DNA from: Fimbriiglobus sp.
GTDB lineage: Bacteria > Planctomycetota > Planctomycetia > Gemmatales > Gemmataceae
DNA: 53,651 nt
Direction: 5' to 3'
Assembly (NCBI GenBank): GCA_043738505.1
Contig: JAYUFU010000045.1
Coordinates: 1-53,651, forward strand
The position numbers were made by a program, and so were the translations under genes. The notes beneath the pieces are model-generated. The model was not told the origin of the DNA. It did not search any database and was given only the letters and a program-made list of their open reading frames with translations. Positions 37,419 through 46,331 of the stretch are shown one piece after another (the first letter of the stretch is position 1; each line of letters starts with the position of its first letter).

Positions 37419-37790
37419 GTGACACCCACCGATCCCATCGCCGATGACGAGTTGATCCTCCGCCACATCCCCGGCGGCACCATGTGGCAGAAGGCCGACG
37501 GGAGCATCGCCAGCCCCAACTTCCGCCTCCGCCCCGGCGAGGACGGCATCTCCGTGAGCCGTCTGGCGGTCACCTCAACCGAAGCGTTCATGACGCGGCT
37601 CGGCGACCCGGCCACCGGTTCCCGGATCGCCGTTGCCCGAGTCGCCGACATCCGGGCGCTGGGCTTCGAGGTTGTGCCAGTCCCGCGAGACTACGACTTG
37701 GGGCACGCGGAACTCCGCCCCACGACAGCCGACGCGACGGCCAAGCAAACGCCGAAGGCACTGGCAATGGCGTTCCGGTATGTGGCCTGA
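37419..37790 (+). CDS. hypothetical protein (123 aa)
   Basis: GTG at 37419 has GGAGA 8 nt upstream, inside listed ORF 37368..37790. Coding bias is good. Family not recognised. Confidence 0.55.
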   Translation: MTPTDPIADDELILRHIPGGTMWQKADGSIASPNFRLRPGEDGISVSRLAVTSTEAFMTRLGDPATGSRIAVARVADIRALGFEVVPVPRDYDLGHAELRPTTADATAKQTPKALAMAFRYVA

Positions 37791-37805
37791 CACCGAAGGG
37801 CATCC

Positions 37806-38327
37806 ATGACCACCCCGACTCCGACCATCCGCCCGGCGACACCGGCCGACGCGGTGCAGCTGGCGGCGTTCGTCGAGCGGGTGTTCCGCGAGACGTTCGC
37901 GGCCGACAACCGGTCGGCGGACATGGCTGCGTACTGTGCCGAAGCGTTCGGCCCCGCCCACCAGTTGGCTGATATCGAAGCGGCCGGGGTCCACACGCTG
38001 CTCGTCGAGTGCGGCGGACTGGCCGGCTGCGCGCAGGTGCAGGCCGGCACCCCGCCGCCGTGCGTGACCGCCGACCGCGCCATCGAACTGCGGCGGTTCT
38101 ACATCGACACGCCCTGGCACGGCCGGGGGATCGCGCAACAGTTGATGCGCGCCGTGATGGAAGTCGCCGCGGCGACCGGTGCCGGGTCGGTGTGGCTGGG
38201 CGTGTGGGAGCGGAACGCGCGGGCCATCGCCTTCTACGCCAAGTGCGGGTTCGCGGATGTCGGCGCGCACGACTTCCGGCTGGGGGACGACCTTCAAACC
38301 GACCGCGTGATGGTCGTCGGCCTCTGA
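37806..38327 (+). CDS. GNAT-family N-acetyltransferase
   Basis: IRPATPADA..., acetyl-CoA motif A WHGRGIAQQLM, and RNARAIAFYAKCGF. Confidence 0.85.
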   Translation: MTTPTPTIRPATPADAVQLAAFVERVFRETFAADNRSADMAAYCAEAFGPAHQLADIEAAGVHTLLVECGGLAGCAQVQAGTPPPCVTADRAIELRRFYIDTPWHGRGIAQQLMRAVMEVAAATGAGSVWLGVWERNARAIAFYAKCGFADVGAHDFRLGDDLQTDRVMVVGL

Positions 38328-38466
38328 TCCCAATCCCCTCCAAAAATCCTCCGCCCGTCGCGGCGAATGCTACCTTTGAACCACTCGTCGCGGGCGGTGC
38401 CGGTCGGCACCTCATCCCTCCGCGGCGGGCACAACTTTGCCACCAAGAACACACAAGGGGTGCGTC

Positions 38467-38742
38467 GTGCGTCGATTCCTTTACGTCGGGTTGCTCGGCC
38501 TTTGCGCCGCGTCGGGGTCGGGTCAGTCGGCGCGGGCGGGCCGCTGAGGGCCGGTCCCCTGCGCGGTCAAGGAAGACCCGGCGGCGGTCGCCGCCAGAAC
38601 GGAACGCGAGTTCCAGTTGGCCATCGGGTTGGCGGTCGGGATGGGCGTCGCGGTGATCGGGTACGGCGTCAAGTTCGTCCTCGACACCAAGGCCGCGCTC
38701 GCCCTCCGCGACCGGCCGCGACAGCCGTGGGACGTGGCGTGA
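38467..38742 (+). pseudogene. small secreted/membrane-anchored ORF interrupted by one in-frame TGA
   Basis: GTG at 38467 follows AAGGGG. The frame encodes VRRFLYVGLLGLCAASGSGQSARAGR, then TGA (38545-38547), then 64 more strongly GC3-biased codons ending in a TM helix (LAIGLAVGMGVAVIGYGV). This frame is absent from the ORF track because each half is under 60 aa. Confidence 0.3.
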
Positions 38743-38752
38743 CAGCGGGGTG

Positions 38753-39655
38753 TCACCCGCGCGGGTGGAACTTCTTGTGCATGGCCTTCAAGCGGTCGCG
38801 GTCGATGTGCGTGTAGAGCTGGGTGGTGGCGATGCTGGCGTGGCCGAGGAGTTCCTGCACGGTGCGCAGGTCGGCCCCGCCGGCCAAAACGTGCGTGGCG
38901 AAACTGTGGCGCAGCGTGTGCGGCGACACCTTCGTCGGCAGCCCGGCCCGCTTGCAGTACTTCTTGACGATCTTCCACAACATGAGCCGACCGAGCGGCC
39001 GGCCGGACTTGCTGACGAACACGTCCGCCGGGTGCGGCGGCGGGGCGGTGAACGCCGGCCGCCCTTCGCCCAGGTACGTTCGCAGCGCGGCCACCGCCGG
39101 CCGGCCGAGCGGCACCACCCGCTGCTTGTTCCCCTTGCCGGTGCAGCGCAGGAACGCCGCGTCCAGGTACACGTCCTCCACCTTCAGGCCGACCACTTCG
39201 GACGCCCGGCAGCCGGTGGCGTACAGCGTTTCCAGAATCGCCTTGTCGCGCAGGTGGAAGCGGTCGCCGGGTCGCGGCCCGGCCAGCAGTTGATCGACCT
39301 GCACGGCGTTCAGCACGGTCGGGATGCGCTGCCACAGCTTCGGCGAGGCGAGCAGTTCCACCGCCGACCGGCTCACTTTCTCTTCGAGTTTGAGGAACTT
39401 GTAGAACATCCGCAGCGCGACGATGTGCCGGGCGACCGACGGCGCGGCCAGGTTGGCGTCCAGCAGGTAGCCCAGGTAGCGGGCCAGTTCCTTCAGCGTC
39501 GGCGTCAGGTGATCCGCCAGCCGGATCGTCTCCGTCCACTCGGCGAACCGCTTCAAGTCCCGCCCGTAGGCCATGACGGTGTTCTCGGACAACCCCCGCT
39601 CGGCGCGGAGGTAGTTGCGGAACGCCAGGATGTCCGAGTGCAGTTCAGCCGACAT
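38753..39655 (-). CDS. site-specific tyrosine recombinase XerC/XerD
   Basis: N-terminal SAM-like domain FRNYLRAERGLSENTVMAYGRDL. Catalytic residues are ATGCRASE, HTLRHSFATH and LLGHASIATTQLYTH. Confidence 0.9.
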   Translation of the reverse strand: MSAELHSDILAFRNYLRAERGLSENTVMAYGRDLKRFAEWTETIRLADHLTPTLKELARYLGYLLDANLAAPSVARHIVALRMFYKFLKLEEKVSRSAVELLASPKLWQRIPTVLNAVQVDQLLAGPRPGDRFHLRDKAILETLYATGCRASEVVGLKVEDVYLDAAFLRCTGKGNKQRVVPLGRPAVAALRTYLGEGRPAFTAPPPHPADVFVSKSGRPLGRLMLWKIVKKYCKRAGLPTKVSPHTLRHSFATHVLAGGADLRTVQELLGHASIATTQLYTHIDRDRLKAMHKKFHPRG

Positions 39656-39677
39656 GAGGCAGGCTCCCGAGAAGGGT

Positions 39678-40103
39678 TCACGCGACGGTCCAGTCTTCCG
39701 CCTTCAAGCCCGGCACGCGGCGGAAGTCGGACACGTTCGCGGTGACGACGGTGGCGTCGCGTGCCAGGGCGATGCTGGCGATCCGCAGGTCCATCGTGCC
39801 GATCCGCACCTTCGCCGCCTTCAGCTTCTTGAACTCGGCCGCCGCCGGGTCGTCGAAGTCGAGGACGGTGCGCGGGCGGTAATCCTCCACGGTTCGTCGG
39901 AGCCAGCCGAGTCGGGTCACATATTCTTCCGGAGTGCGAGCGGCGGCGCACGCCGCCAAACGCCCTTTGACCTGCTCGGCCAAGCTGACCATCGTGACCG
40001 CCACCGGTTGCCCGCAACTCCCCATCCGAATCACAACCCGACGGCGGACTGCGTTGTCGGGGCCTTGGAGATGCGATAGGGTGTCGGTGTCGAGGATGAA
40101 CAT
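39678..40103 (-). CDS. vapC: PIN-domain ribonuclease toxin VapC
   Basis: MFILDTDTLSHL... and C-terminal DLRIASIALARDATVVTANVSDF give typical PIN acidic residues. The start directly follows the antitoxin stop (TAAATG). Confidence 0.85.
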   Translation of the reverse strand: MFILDTDTLSHLQGPDNAVRRRVVIRMGSCGQPVAVTMVSLAEQVKGRLAACAAARTPEEYVTRLGWLRRTVEDYRPRTVLDFDDPAAAEFKKLKAAKVRIGTMDLRIASIALARDATVVTANVSDFRRVPGLKAEDWTVA

Positions 40104-40394
40104 TTAACGCCTCACGGTTTTCGCCGCCTTTTTCGGCCGCCTCTTCTTCGCCTTGGCCTGCCGCTCAGTCTCCCGCTCGCGGTCGAACTCTTCCAGCGAT
40201 TCGCGGTTCACCCGTTCCCGCTCTTCTCGGACGAGCCGACAGAAGTCGGCGAAATCGGGATCACCCGCGAACGTACCGACCGGCCCGAAGCCGGGGATGT
40301 ATTGCTCGCCGGTCAGGGCGGCGACGTGCCCCTTCAACTCGCGCAGTTCGGCGTCCAGCGCGGCCACCCGCACCTGCAATTGTGCCAGCGTCAT
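40104..40394 (-). CDS. putative VapB-type antitoxin (96 aa)
   Basis: ATG at 40394 has GGAGGG 7 nt upstream. The small protein has a coiled-coil N-terminus and a basic tail. Its position and stop-start abutment with vapC support the call; no recognisable DNA-binding fold. Confidence 0.6.
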   Translation of the reverse strand: MTLAQLQVRVAALDAELRELKGHVAALTGEQYIPGFGPVGTFAGDPDFADFCRLVREERERVNRESLEEFDRERETERQAKAKKRRPKKAAKTVRR

Positions 40395-40429
40395 AACGTG
40401 CCCTCCAAGAGTTGCGACGATTTTACCCC

Positions 40430-42016
40430 TCACAACGTCATGTTCTTCAGGAAGTCGGCGTTCGTCTTGTGCTTGCCGACGTGCTTGAGCAGCAGCTCCA
40501 CCGCCTCCACCGGGTGCATGTCGGACAGCACCTTGTGCAGCACGTGGACCATGCGGAGTTCCTCGTCGGTGCGGAGCAACTCCTCCTTGCGGGTGCCGGA
40601 CTCGTTCACGTTGATCGACGGGTAGACGCGGCGCTCGACCAGCCGCCGGTCCAAATGCACCTCCATGTTGCCGGTGCCCTTGAACTCCTCGAAGATCACG
40701 TCGTCCAGCTTCGACCCGGTGTCCACCAGCGCGGTGGCCAGGATGGTCAGCGACCCGCCCTCGACCAAGTTCCGCGCGGCCCCGAAGAACCGCTTCGGCT
40801 TCTGCAAGGCCGTCGCGTCTAGGCCGCCCGACAGCAGCTTGCCGTTGCCCGGCAGCTCGTTGTTATACGCCCGTGCCAGGCGAGTGATGCTGTCCAGGAA
40901 GATGACGACATCCGTACCGTATTCGACCAGCCGGCGGGCCTTCTCGATGACCATCTCGGCGACGGTGATGTGCCGGGATGCCGGCTCGTCGAACGTGCTG
41001 CTGACCACCTCCACCCGCGGCCCCTTCACGCTCCGGCTCATCTCCGTCACCTCCTCCGGCCGCTCGTCGATGAGCAGCACGATGACGTAGGTCTCGGGGT
41101 GGTTGTGGATGACGGCGTTGGCCATCTTCTGGAGCAGCACCGTCTTGCCGGTGCGGGGCGGCGCTACGATCAGCCCGCGCTGCCCCTTGCCGATGGGCGT
41201 GATCAGGTCGATGATCCGCGTGGACATGTCGGCGGGGTCGTGCTCCAGCCGCAGCCGGGCGTTCGGGTGCAGCGGCGTCAAGTCCTCGAACACCACCGTC
41301 TGGTGCTGCAACTCCGGGTCTTGCAGGTTGATCGCCTCGACCCGCAGCAGGGCGAAGTACCGCTCGTTCTCCTTCGGCGGGCGGATCTGACCCATCACCA
41401 CCGACCCGGTGCGCAGCCCGAAGCGGCGGATCTGCGACGGGCTGATGTAGATGTCGTCCGGGCACGGCAGGTAGTTGTAGTCCGGGCTGCGGAGGAACCC
41501 GAAGCCGTCGGGCAGCACCTCCAGCGTGCCCTCCCCCACCATCAGCCCGTTCTGCTTCACCCGCTCCTTCAGGATGCGGAAGATGATGTCCTGCTTCTTC
41601 ATCCCCTGCCACTCGGCCGGCGGAATGCCGTCGCCCTTCGCCGCGTCCTGGAGCTGCGCCAGGCTCATCTGCTGGAGTTCGGTGATGAACGTGGTGCCGC
41701 GCTTGATCTCCTCGTACCGGGAGTTCGTCTCGGCGTCGAACCCGCGCTCGTTCGGGTCGATGACCACCGGCTTCGGCGGCGGGGCGGGTTTCGGCGGTTC
41801 GGGCGGCAGTGGCGGAGGTGTCTCGGCGACTGGTGGCGGGTCCGCCACGTCCGCCACGTCCGCGGGGTCGTCGGCGACTTCGGCTACCGGCACCGGATCG
41901 ACGGCCGAATCCGCGGCGTCCCCGACGACCACCTCCACGGCAGCGGCGCGGGGCTTCCGGGGGCGCGGCTTGCGAACCGGTTCGGTATCGGGAGTGGCGA
42001 TGTCGGTGTCGGCCAT
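40430..42016 (-). CDS. rho: transcription termination factor Rho with an acidic/Pro-rich N-terminal extension of about 100 aa
   Basis: Rho N-terminal domain ([10 protein letters not shown]..), CSD-like GFGFLR, Walker [17 protein letters not shown] and the C-terminal ATPase are all recognisable. Confidence 0.95.
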   Translation of the reverse strand: MADTDIATPDTEPVRKPRPRKPRAAAVEVVVGDAADSAVDPVPVAEVADDPADVADVADPPPVAETPPPLPPEPPKPAPPPKPVVIDPNERGFDAETNSRYEEIKRGTTFITELQQMSLAQLQDAAKGDGIPPAEWQGMKKQDIIFRILKERVKQNGLMVGEGTLEVLPDGFGFLRSPDYNYLPCPDDIYISPSQIRRFGLRTGSVVMGQIRPPKENERYFALLRVEAINLQDPELQHQTVVFEDLTPLHPNARLRLEHDPADMSTRIIDLITPIGKGQRGLIVAPPRTGKTVLLQKMANAVIHNHPETYVIVLLIDERPEEVTEMSRSVKGPRVEVVSSTFDEPASRHITVAEMVIEKARRLVEYGTDVVIFLDSITRLARAYNNELPGNGKLLSGGLDATALQKPKRFFGAARNLVEGGSLTILATALVDTGSKLDDVIFEEFKGTGNMEVHLDRRLVERRVYPSINVNESGTRKEELLRTDEELRMVHVLHKVLSDMHPVEAVELLLKHVGKHKTNADFLKNMTL

Positions 42017-42037
42017 CGGTCGGTCCTCGGTCGGCGG

Positions 42038-42643
42038 TCAGGGCGTCAGGTGCCAGTCCTTCAAGACGTGATCGATCTTCGCTCGCAACGCGGCCTCGGT
42101 GCCGTCGTTGGTAATCGCGGCGTCGGCGTGACTCTTCTTCGCGTCGGCGTCCCACTGGGCGGCTTCGCGGGCGGTCAGGTCGGCGGGCGTCCAGTGGCTC
42201 CGCGCGAACACCCGCTGCTCCCGCAGTTCGCGCGGCGCGGCGATGTACAGGATGCGGTCGCAGCGGCCCTTCCACCCGGCTTCGAGCAGCACCGCCGCGT
42301 CCAGCACGACGAACCGCGCCGTCGGGTCGCCGCCGGCAAGGTCGATCCGCGCGTCCGCCATTCGGCCGATGACCGGGAACACGACCGATTCCAGCCACGC
42401 CCGTTCGGCCGGATTGTCGAACACGAGGCCGGCGATGGCCCGCCGGTTCGCGGAGCCATCGGAGTTCCGCACCCCGTCGCCCCACCGCGCCACGAGTTGC
42501 CGCATCGCGGCCGGCGTCTCCAGCGCGTCGTGGCCGAGCTGGTCGCAGTCGATGACGACCCCGCCCCGCGCGGCGAGGCACCGCCCGGCGGTACTCTTGC
42601 CGGCCCCGATGCCGCCGATCAGCCCGACCACGGGGAGGGTCAT
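42038..42643 (-). CDS. coaE: dephospho-CoA kinase
   Basis: VVGLIGGIGAGKST P-loop, DCDQLGH, and typical CoaE length. Confidence 0.9.
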   Translation of the reverse strand: MTLPVVGLIGGIGAGKSTAGRCLAARGGVVIDCDQLGHDALETPAAMRQLVARWGDGVRNSDGSANRRAIAGLVFDNPAERAWLESVVFPVIGRMADARIDLAGGDPTARFVVLDAAVLLEAGWKGRCDRILYIAAPRELREQRVFARSHWTPADLTAREAAQWDADAKKSHADAAITNDGTEAALRAKIDHVLKDWHLTP

Positions 42644-43314
42644 GAGCCGTTCCCGCTCGGGATGTTGTGCTTCTGAAGGAGTGCCTGGAGTCGGGCCACT
42701 TTCGCTTCAAGAGAGTCGGCCCGCTGCCGCTCGGCCTCCGCCCGCTCCGCGCGGGTGAGGATTCGCTGGCCGGTCGTGGCGTCGTAGAGGCGAAGTATGA
42801 TCCCTTCGGGCCTCATCTTGAACCCGAGGCGGCTTTCGAGCATGCCGCTGGCCCTCCGGATCGGGCGGTACGTCCCGGCGCGGAGACGATACCCCTGGAA
42901 CGGCGGCGTCAGGTGGATCCCTTGCGGGTCGAACAGGAAGTACTCCGGGATGCCGAGCGCCGCGTAGTCGCGGAACTTGCCGTTCAGGTCGACATCGACG
43001 GTGGCGGCCGACGAGAACTCGAACACCGCCGCCGGAATCACGTCGTCGTGTTCCCAGGGGCAATAGCGGTCCACCGGGGCGCGACCCACGCCAGGCACGA
43101 TCATCACGTCCGGGGCGCGGCGGCGCTCGGTCCCTTCCTGCAAGTAGAGGAACTGATCGGAGGCCACCAGCACGTCCGATTCGTCGCCGAAGAAGTCCCG
43201 CACCGCCTGATGCAGGAGGATAATCGACTCGACGTGCGTGCCAGTCTCGGCCATCGGTTCTCCGTCGCTGCTCGGGTACTCGATCACCGGCGGTCGGGGC
43301 GCGGTGGCGATCAT
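42640..43314 (-). CDS. Uma2-family (DUF820) restriction-endonuclease-like protein
   Basis: YPSSDGEPMAET..H, APDVMIV, PAAVFEFSS and IPEYFLFDP are hallmarks of the Uma2 PD-(D/E)xK family. ATGA overlaps occur at both ends. Confidence 0.85.
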   Translation of the reverse strand: MIATAPRPPVIEYPSSDGEPMAETGTHVESIILLHQAVRDFFGDESDVLVASDQFLYLQEGTERRRAPDVMIVPGVGRAPVDRYCPWEHDDVIPAAVFEFSSAATVDVDLNGKFRDYAALGIPEYFLFDPQGIHLTPPFQGYRLRAGTYRPIRRASGMLESRLGFKMRPEGIILRLYDATTGQRILTRAERAEAERQRADSLEAKVARLQALLQKHNIPSGNGS

Positions 43315-46300
43315 GTCACGTCCTCCACATCGAGCCAGTTGGGGCCGGCGGCCACGTCCACCTTCAGCGGCACGCGGAAGGTCAGGGCCGTCGTCATCTC
43401 GTGCCGCACCAGCGCGGCGAGTGTCGCCAGTTCCGCCGGGGGGACTTCAAACACCAGTTCGTCGTGTACCGTCAGCAGCATCTTCGCTGCCAACGTCTCG
43501 GCATTCATCCGGCGGTACAGGTTCAGCATCGCGACCTTCAGCAGGTCGGCGGCGGACCCTTGAATCTCCATGTTGATGGCTTCGCGCTCGGCCGCATTGC
43601 GCTGCTCGTAGCCGGACTTCGGCCGGATGGCACTGGGGTCGAACCGCCGCTGGCGGCCGAGGATCGTGGCCGCATACCCGTTCGCCCGCACCTTGGCCAA
43701 AAGCTCGTTCTGGTACGCCAGCACCTTCGGGTACTTGGCAAAGTACTCGTCGATGAACTTGGCCGCCTCCTTCTTCGGGATGCCGAGTTGGACCGACAGC
43801 CCGACGGCGCTGATGCCGTAGATGACGCCGAAGTTGACGGTTTTCGCCGCACCCCGCTGGTCCTTCGTCACCTCGGCTTCCGGCACGCCGAACACCTGCG
43901 CGGCGACGGCCGCGTGAACGTCCCGGTCCTCGGCGAACGCCCGGCCGAGGTTCTCGTCTTCGCTGAAGTGCGCGAGCAGCCGCAACTCGATCTGCGAGTA
44001 GTCGGCGGTCAACAACTGCCAGCCGTCGCGGGGCAGAAAAGCTTGGCGAATCTGTCGACCCTGTTCGGTGCGGGCGGGGATGTTCTGGAGGTTCGGGTCG
44101 GACGAACTGAGCCGCCCGGTGCTGGTCACGGCTTGATTGAAGGACGTGTGCAGCCGCCCGGTGTCCGGGTTCACCAGCGCCGGCAGGGCATCGACGTAAG
44201 TGCCCTTCAGCTTGGCCACCTGCCGGTGGCCGATGAGCGTCTTCGGCAACTCGTGGCCGAGCGCGGCGAGACGTTCCAGCGACTCGTGATCGGTACTCGG
44301 CTCGCCGGTGGTGCCCGTCCGCTTCTGCACGGGCAGCTTCATCTGGTCGAACAGGACTTCCCGGAGCTGCTTCGGCGAGGCCAGGTTGAACCCCTTGCCG
44401 GCGAGCTTGTGGGCTTCCTGTTCGAGCGCGATGAGCTGAACGTCCATCTCCTTCGACAGCTTCGCCAGGAACGGCACGTCCAGCCGGATGCCGTTGAACT
44501 CCAGTTCCGCCAGGACTTCGATGAGGGGGATTTCGAGGGCGTCGTAGAGGGTTCTCAAGTGTTCTGCTCGCTCCGCGAGCGGTCTTCCGTCTTGATCTCT
44601 GGTGGCACCGGCCTCCGAGCCGGTGCCACCAGAAGAAAGAGCCGCTCGCGGAGCGAGCAGAACACTTCCCGACAACTCCCCCTCGAACTTCTCCGTCAGC
44701 CGCCACGCGGCGTCGGCATCTTCCGCCGCATACGCGCACGCCTTCGCCACCGGCACCTCGGCCATCGTGACCTGCTTCTTGCCGGTGCCGATCAACGACT
44801 TGATCGGGACGTTCTCGTGCTGGAAGAACTCCCGCGTCAGGTCGTCCAAGTTGTGCGTGCGGGCACCGGCGTCGAGCAGGTAGTGCGCCACCATCGAGTC
44901 GCCGGCGATGCCGCGCAATGTGATGCCGTTGGCGCGCAACACCAGCAGATCGTACTTGATGTTCTGATTCACCTTCCGAATCGCCGCGTCTTCCAGGAGC
45001 GGCTTGAGTGCCGCGAGCGTGGCGGCGGGGTCGAGGACGGCGTCCGCCTTCGGCCCGCGCACGGGCAGGTAGTACGCCTTCTCCGCTTGCCAGCAGAAGG
45101 CGTAGCCGACGATCTGGCACCGCAGCGGGTCCAGGGCCGTCGTTTCCAGGTCGAACGCGAAGCGGCGCTGCGTCTTCAACTCCGCGAGGAAGTCGGCGAA
45201 TTTCTCGGCGGTGTCGATGCACTGGTAGTCGGTCTTCCAGCCGTCATCGACGGGCGCATTCAGCCCGAAGTCGAAGGAGGCGTCGCCGTCGATCACGTCG
45301 AACAGCGACGGCTGCGTCGGGCGGGGCAGTTTCGGCTTCTTCTTCGGGTCGGGGGGCGGTTCCGGTGCGCGCTCGCCTTCGTCTCGCGGCAACCCGGCGG
45401 TTTCCAGCAACTCCGCGTTCTTCTTCGCCCCACTTGTCGCCAGCGTCTTCCGCACCCGCTCGGCGTACCCGCGAAAGCCGAACTCCTGGAACAGTTCGAG
45501 CAGCCGCTGGCCGTCCCAGTCGCGGCGACGCCAGCCGTCCCAGTCCAGTGCCATCGGCACGTCGGCGCGGAGCTTCACCAACTGCTTGCACAGCGCGAGG
45601 GTGCCGTCGGCAATGGCGGCTTTCAGGGAATCGCGCAACTTCGGCTTGGCGATCTTGTCGGCGTTGGCGATCAGGTTGTCGAGGGTGTCGTACTCCTTCA
45701 GCCAGGCCGTGGCGGTCTTCGGCCCGCACCCCCTCACCCCCGGCACGTTGTCCACGCTGTCGCCGACGAGCGCCTGGAAGTCGACGACTTGATCCGGCCG
45801 CACGCCCCAGTCCTCCATCAGCCCGGCCGCGTCCAGGATCACCCCTTTGCGGAGGTTCTGCATCTTCACCGTCGGCGACAGCAACTGCCGGCAGTCCTTG
45901 TCGGACGTGCAGAGGTAGACTTCCAGCCCGCGCCCGCTGGCCTCGTGCGCGACCGTCGCCATCACGTCGTCGGCCTCGAACCCCGGCACCCGCAGCACCG
46001 GGATGCGCATGGCGTCCAGCACCTGGTCGATGAGCGGTTCCTGCGCGATCAAGTCCTCCGGCGCGGGGTCGCGGTGGCCCTTGTACTCGGCGAACAGCTC
46101 GTCGCGGAACGTCGGCTCCGGGCAGTCGAAGGTGGCGATCAGGTAGTCCGCGCCCTTGTCGTACAGGTCCATGATGGCCCGCGTGACGCCGAACACGGCG
46201 TTCGTCGGCCGGCCGTCCGGCGCGGTCATCGGCGGGATGCCGTGGAACATCTGGAACACCATGCCGTGGGCGTCCAGGAGGTACACGCGGCCGGGACCGG

Positions 46301-46331
46301 GTGCGGGCGGATTCGGGTTGGCGGCGGTCAC
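43311..46331 (-). CDS. polA: DNA polymerase I
   Basis: GTG start. The 5'-nuclease domain (LLDAHGMVFQMFH), 3'-5' exo domain and polymerase motifs (DYSQIELR, RRxAKxxNFGxxYG-type RGAAKTVNFGVIYG, VHDELVFE) are all present. It contains a palindrome-encoded insert of about 37 aa. Confidence 0.97.
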   Translation of the reverse strand: MTAANPNPPAPGPGRVYLLDAHGMVFQMFHGIPPMTAPDGRPTNAVFGVTRAIMDLYDKGADYLIATFDCPEPTFRDELFAEYKGHRDPAPEDLIAQEPLIDQVLDAMRIPVLRVPGFEADDVMATVAHEASGRGLEVYLCTSDKDCRQLLSPTVKMQNLRKGVILDAAGLMEDWGVRPDQVVDFQALVGDSVDNVPGVRGCGPKTATAWLKEYDTLDNLIANADKIAKPKLRDSLKAAIADGTLALCKQLVKLRADVPMALDWDGWRRRDWDGQRLLELFQEFGFRGYAERVRKTLATSGAKKNAELLETAGLPRDEGERAPEPPPDPKKKPKLPRPTQPSLFDVIDGDASFDFGLNAPVDDGWKTDYQCIDTAEKFADFLAELKTQRRFAFDLETTALDPLRCQIVGYAFCWQAEKAYYLPVRGPKADAVLDPAATLAALKPLLEDAAIRKVNQNIKYDLLVLRANGITLRGIAGDSMVAHYLLDAGARTHNLDDLTREFFQHENVPIKSLIGTGKKQVTMAEVPVAKACAYAAEDADAAWRLTEKFEGELSGSVLLAPRAALSSGGTGSEAGATRDQDGRPLAERAEHLRTLYDALEIPLIEVLAELEFNGIRLDVPFLAKLSKEMDVQLIALEQEAHKLAGKGFNLASPKQLREVLFDQMKLPVQKRTGTTGEPSTDHESLERLAALGHELPKTLIGHRQVAKLKGTYVDALPALVNPDTGRLHTSFNQAVTSTGRLSSSDPNLQNIPARTEQGRQIRQAFLPRDGWQLLTADYSQIELRLLAHFSEDENLGRAFAEDRDVHAAVAAQVFGVPEAEVTKDQRGAAKTVNFGVIYGISAVGLSVQLGIPKKEAAKFIDEYFAKYPKVLAYQNELLAKVRANGYAATILGRQRRFDPSAIRPKSGYEQRNAAEREAINMEIQGSAADLLKVAMLNLYRRMNAETLAAKMLLTVHDELVFEVPPAELATLAALVRHEMTTALTFRVPLKVDVAAGPNWLDVEDVT
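44557..44667. repeat. 111-nt nested palindromic element lying in frame inside polA
   Basis: Outer arms AAGTGTTCTGCTCGCTCCGCGAGCGG (44557-44582) and 44642-44667 are exact reverse complements. Inner arms CTGGTGGCACCGG (44599-44611) and 44620-44632 are also exact. The core GCTCGCTCCGCGAGCGGTCTTC recurs at 53577-53645. Confidence 0.85.

Noticed and set aside
38367-38816. 149-aa plus-strand ORF (and 38009..38656) in the GNAT-xer gap
   Set aside because: Both are Arg/Gly/Pro-rich and overlap the xer gene antisense or run off the GNAT frame. The frame with real GC3 bias in this gap is the short split ORF reported at 38467..38742.
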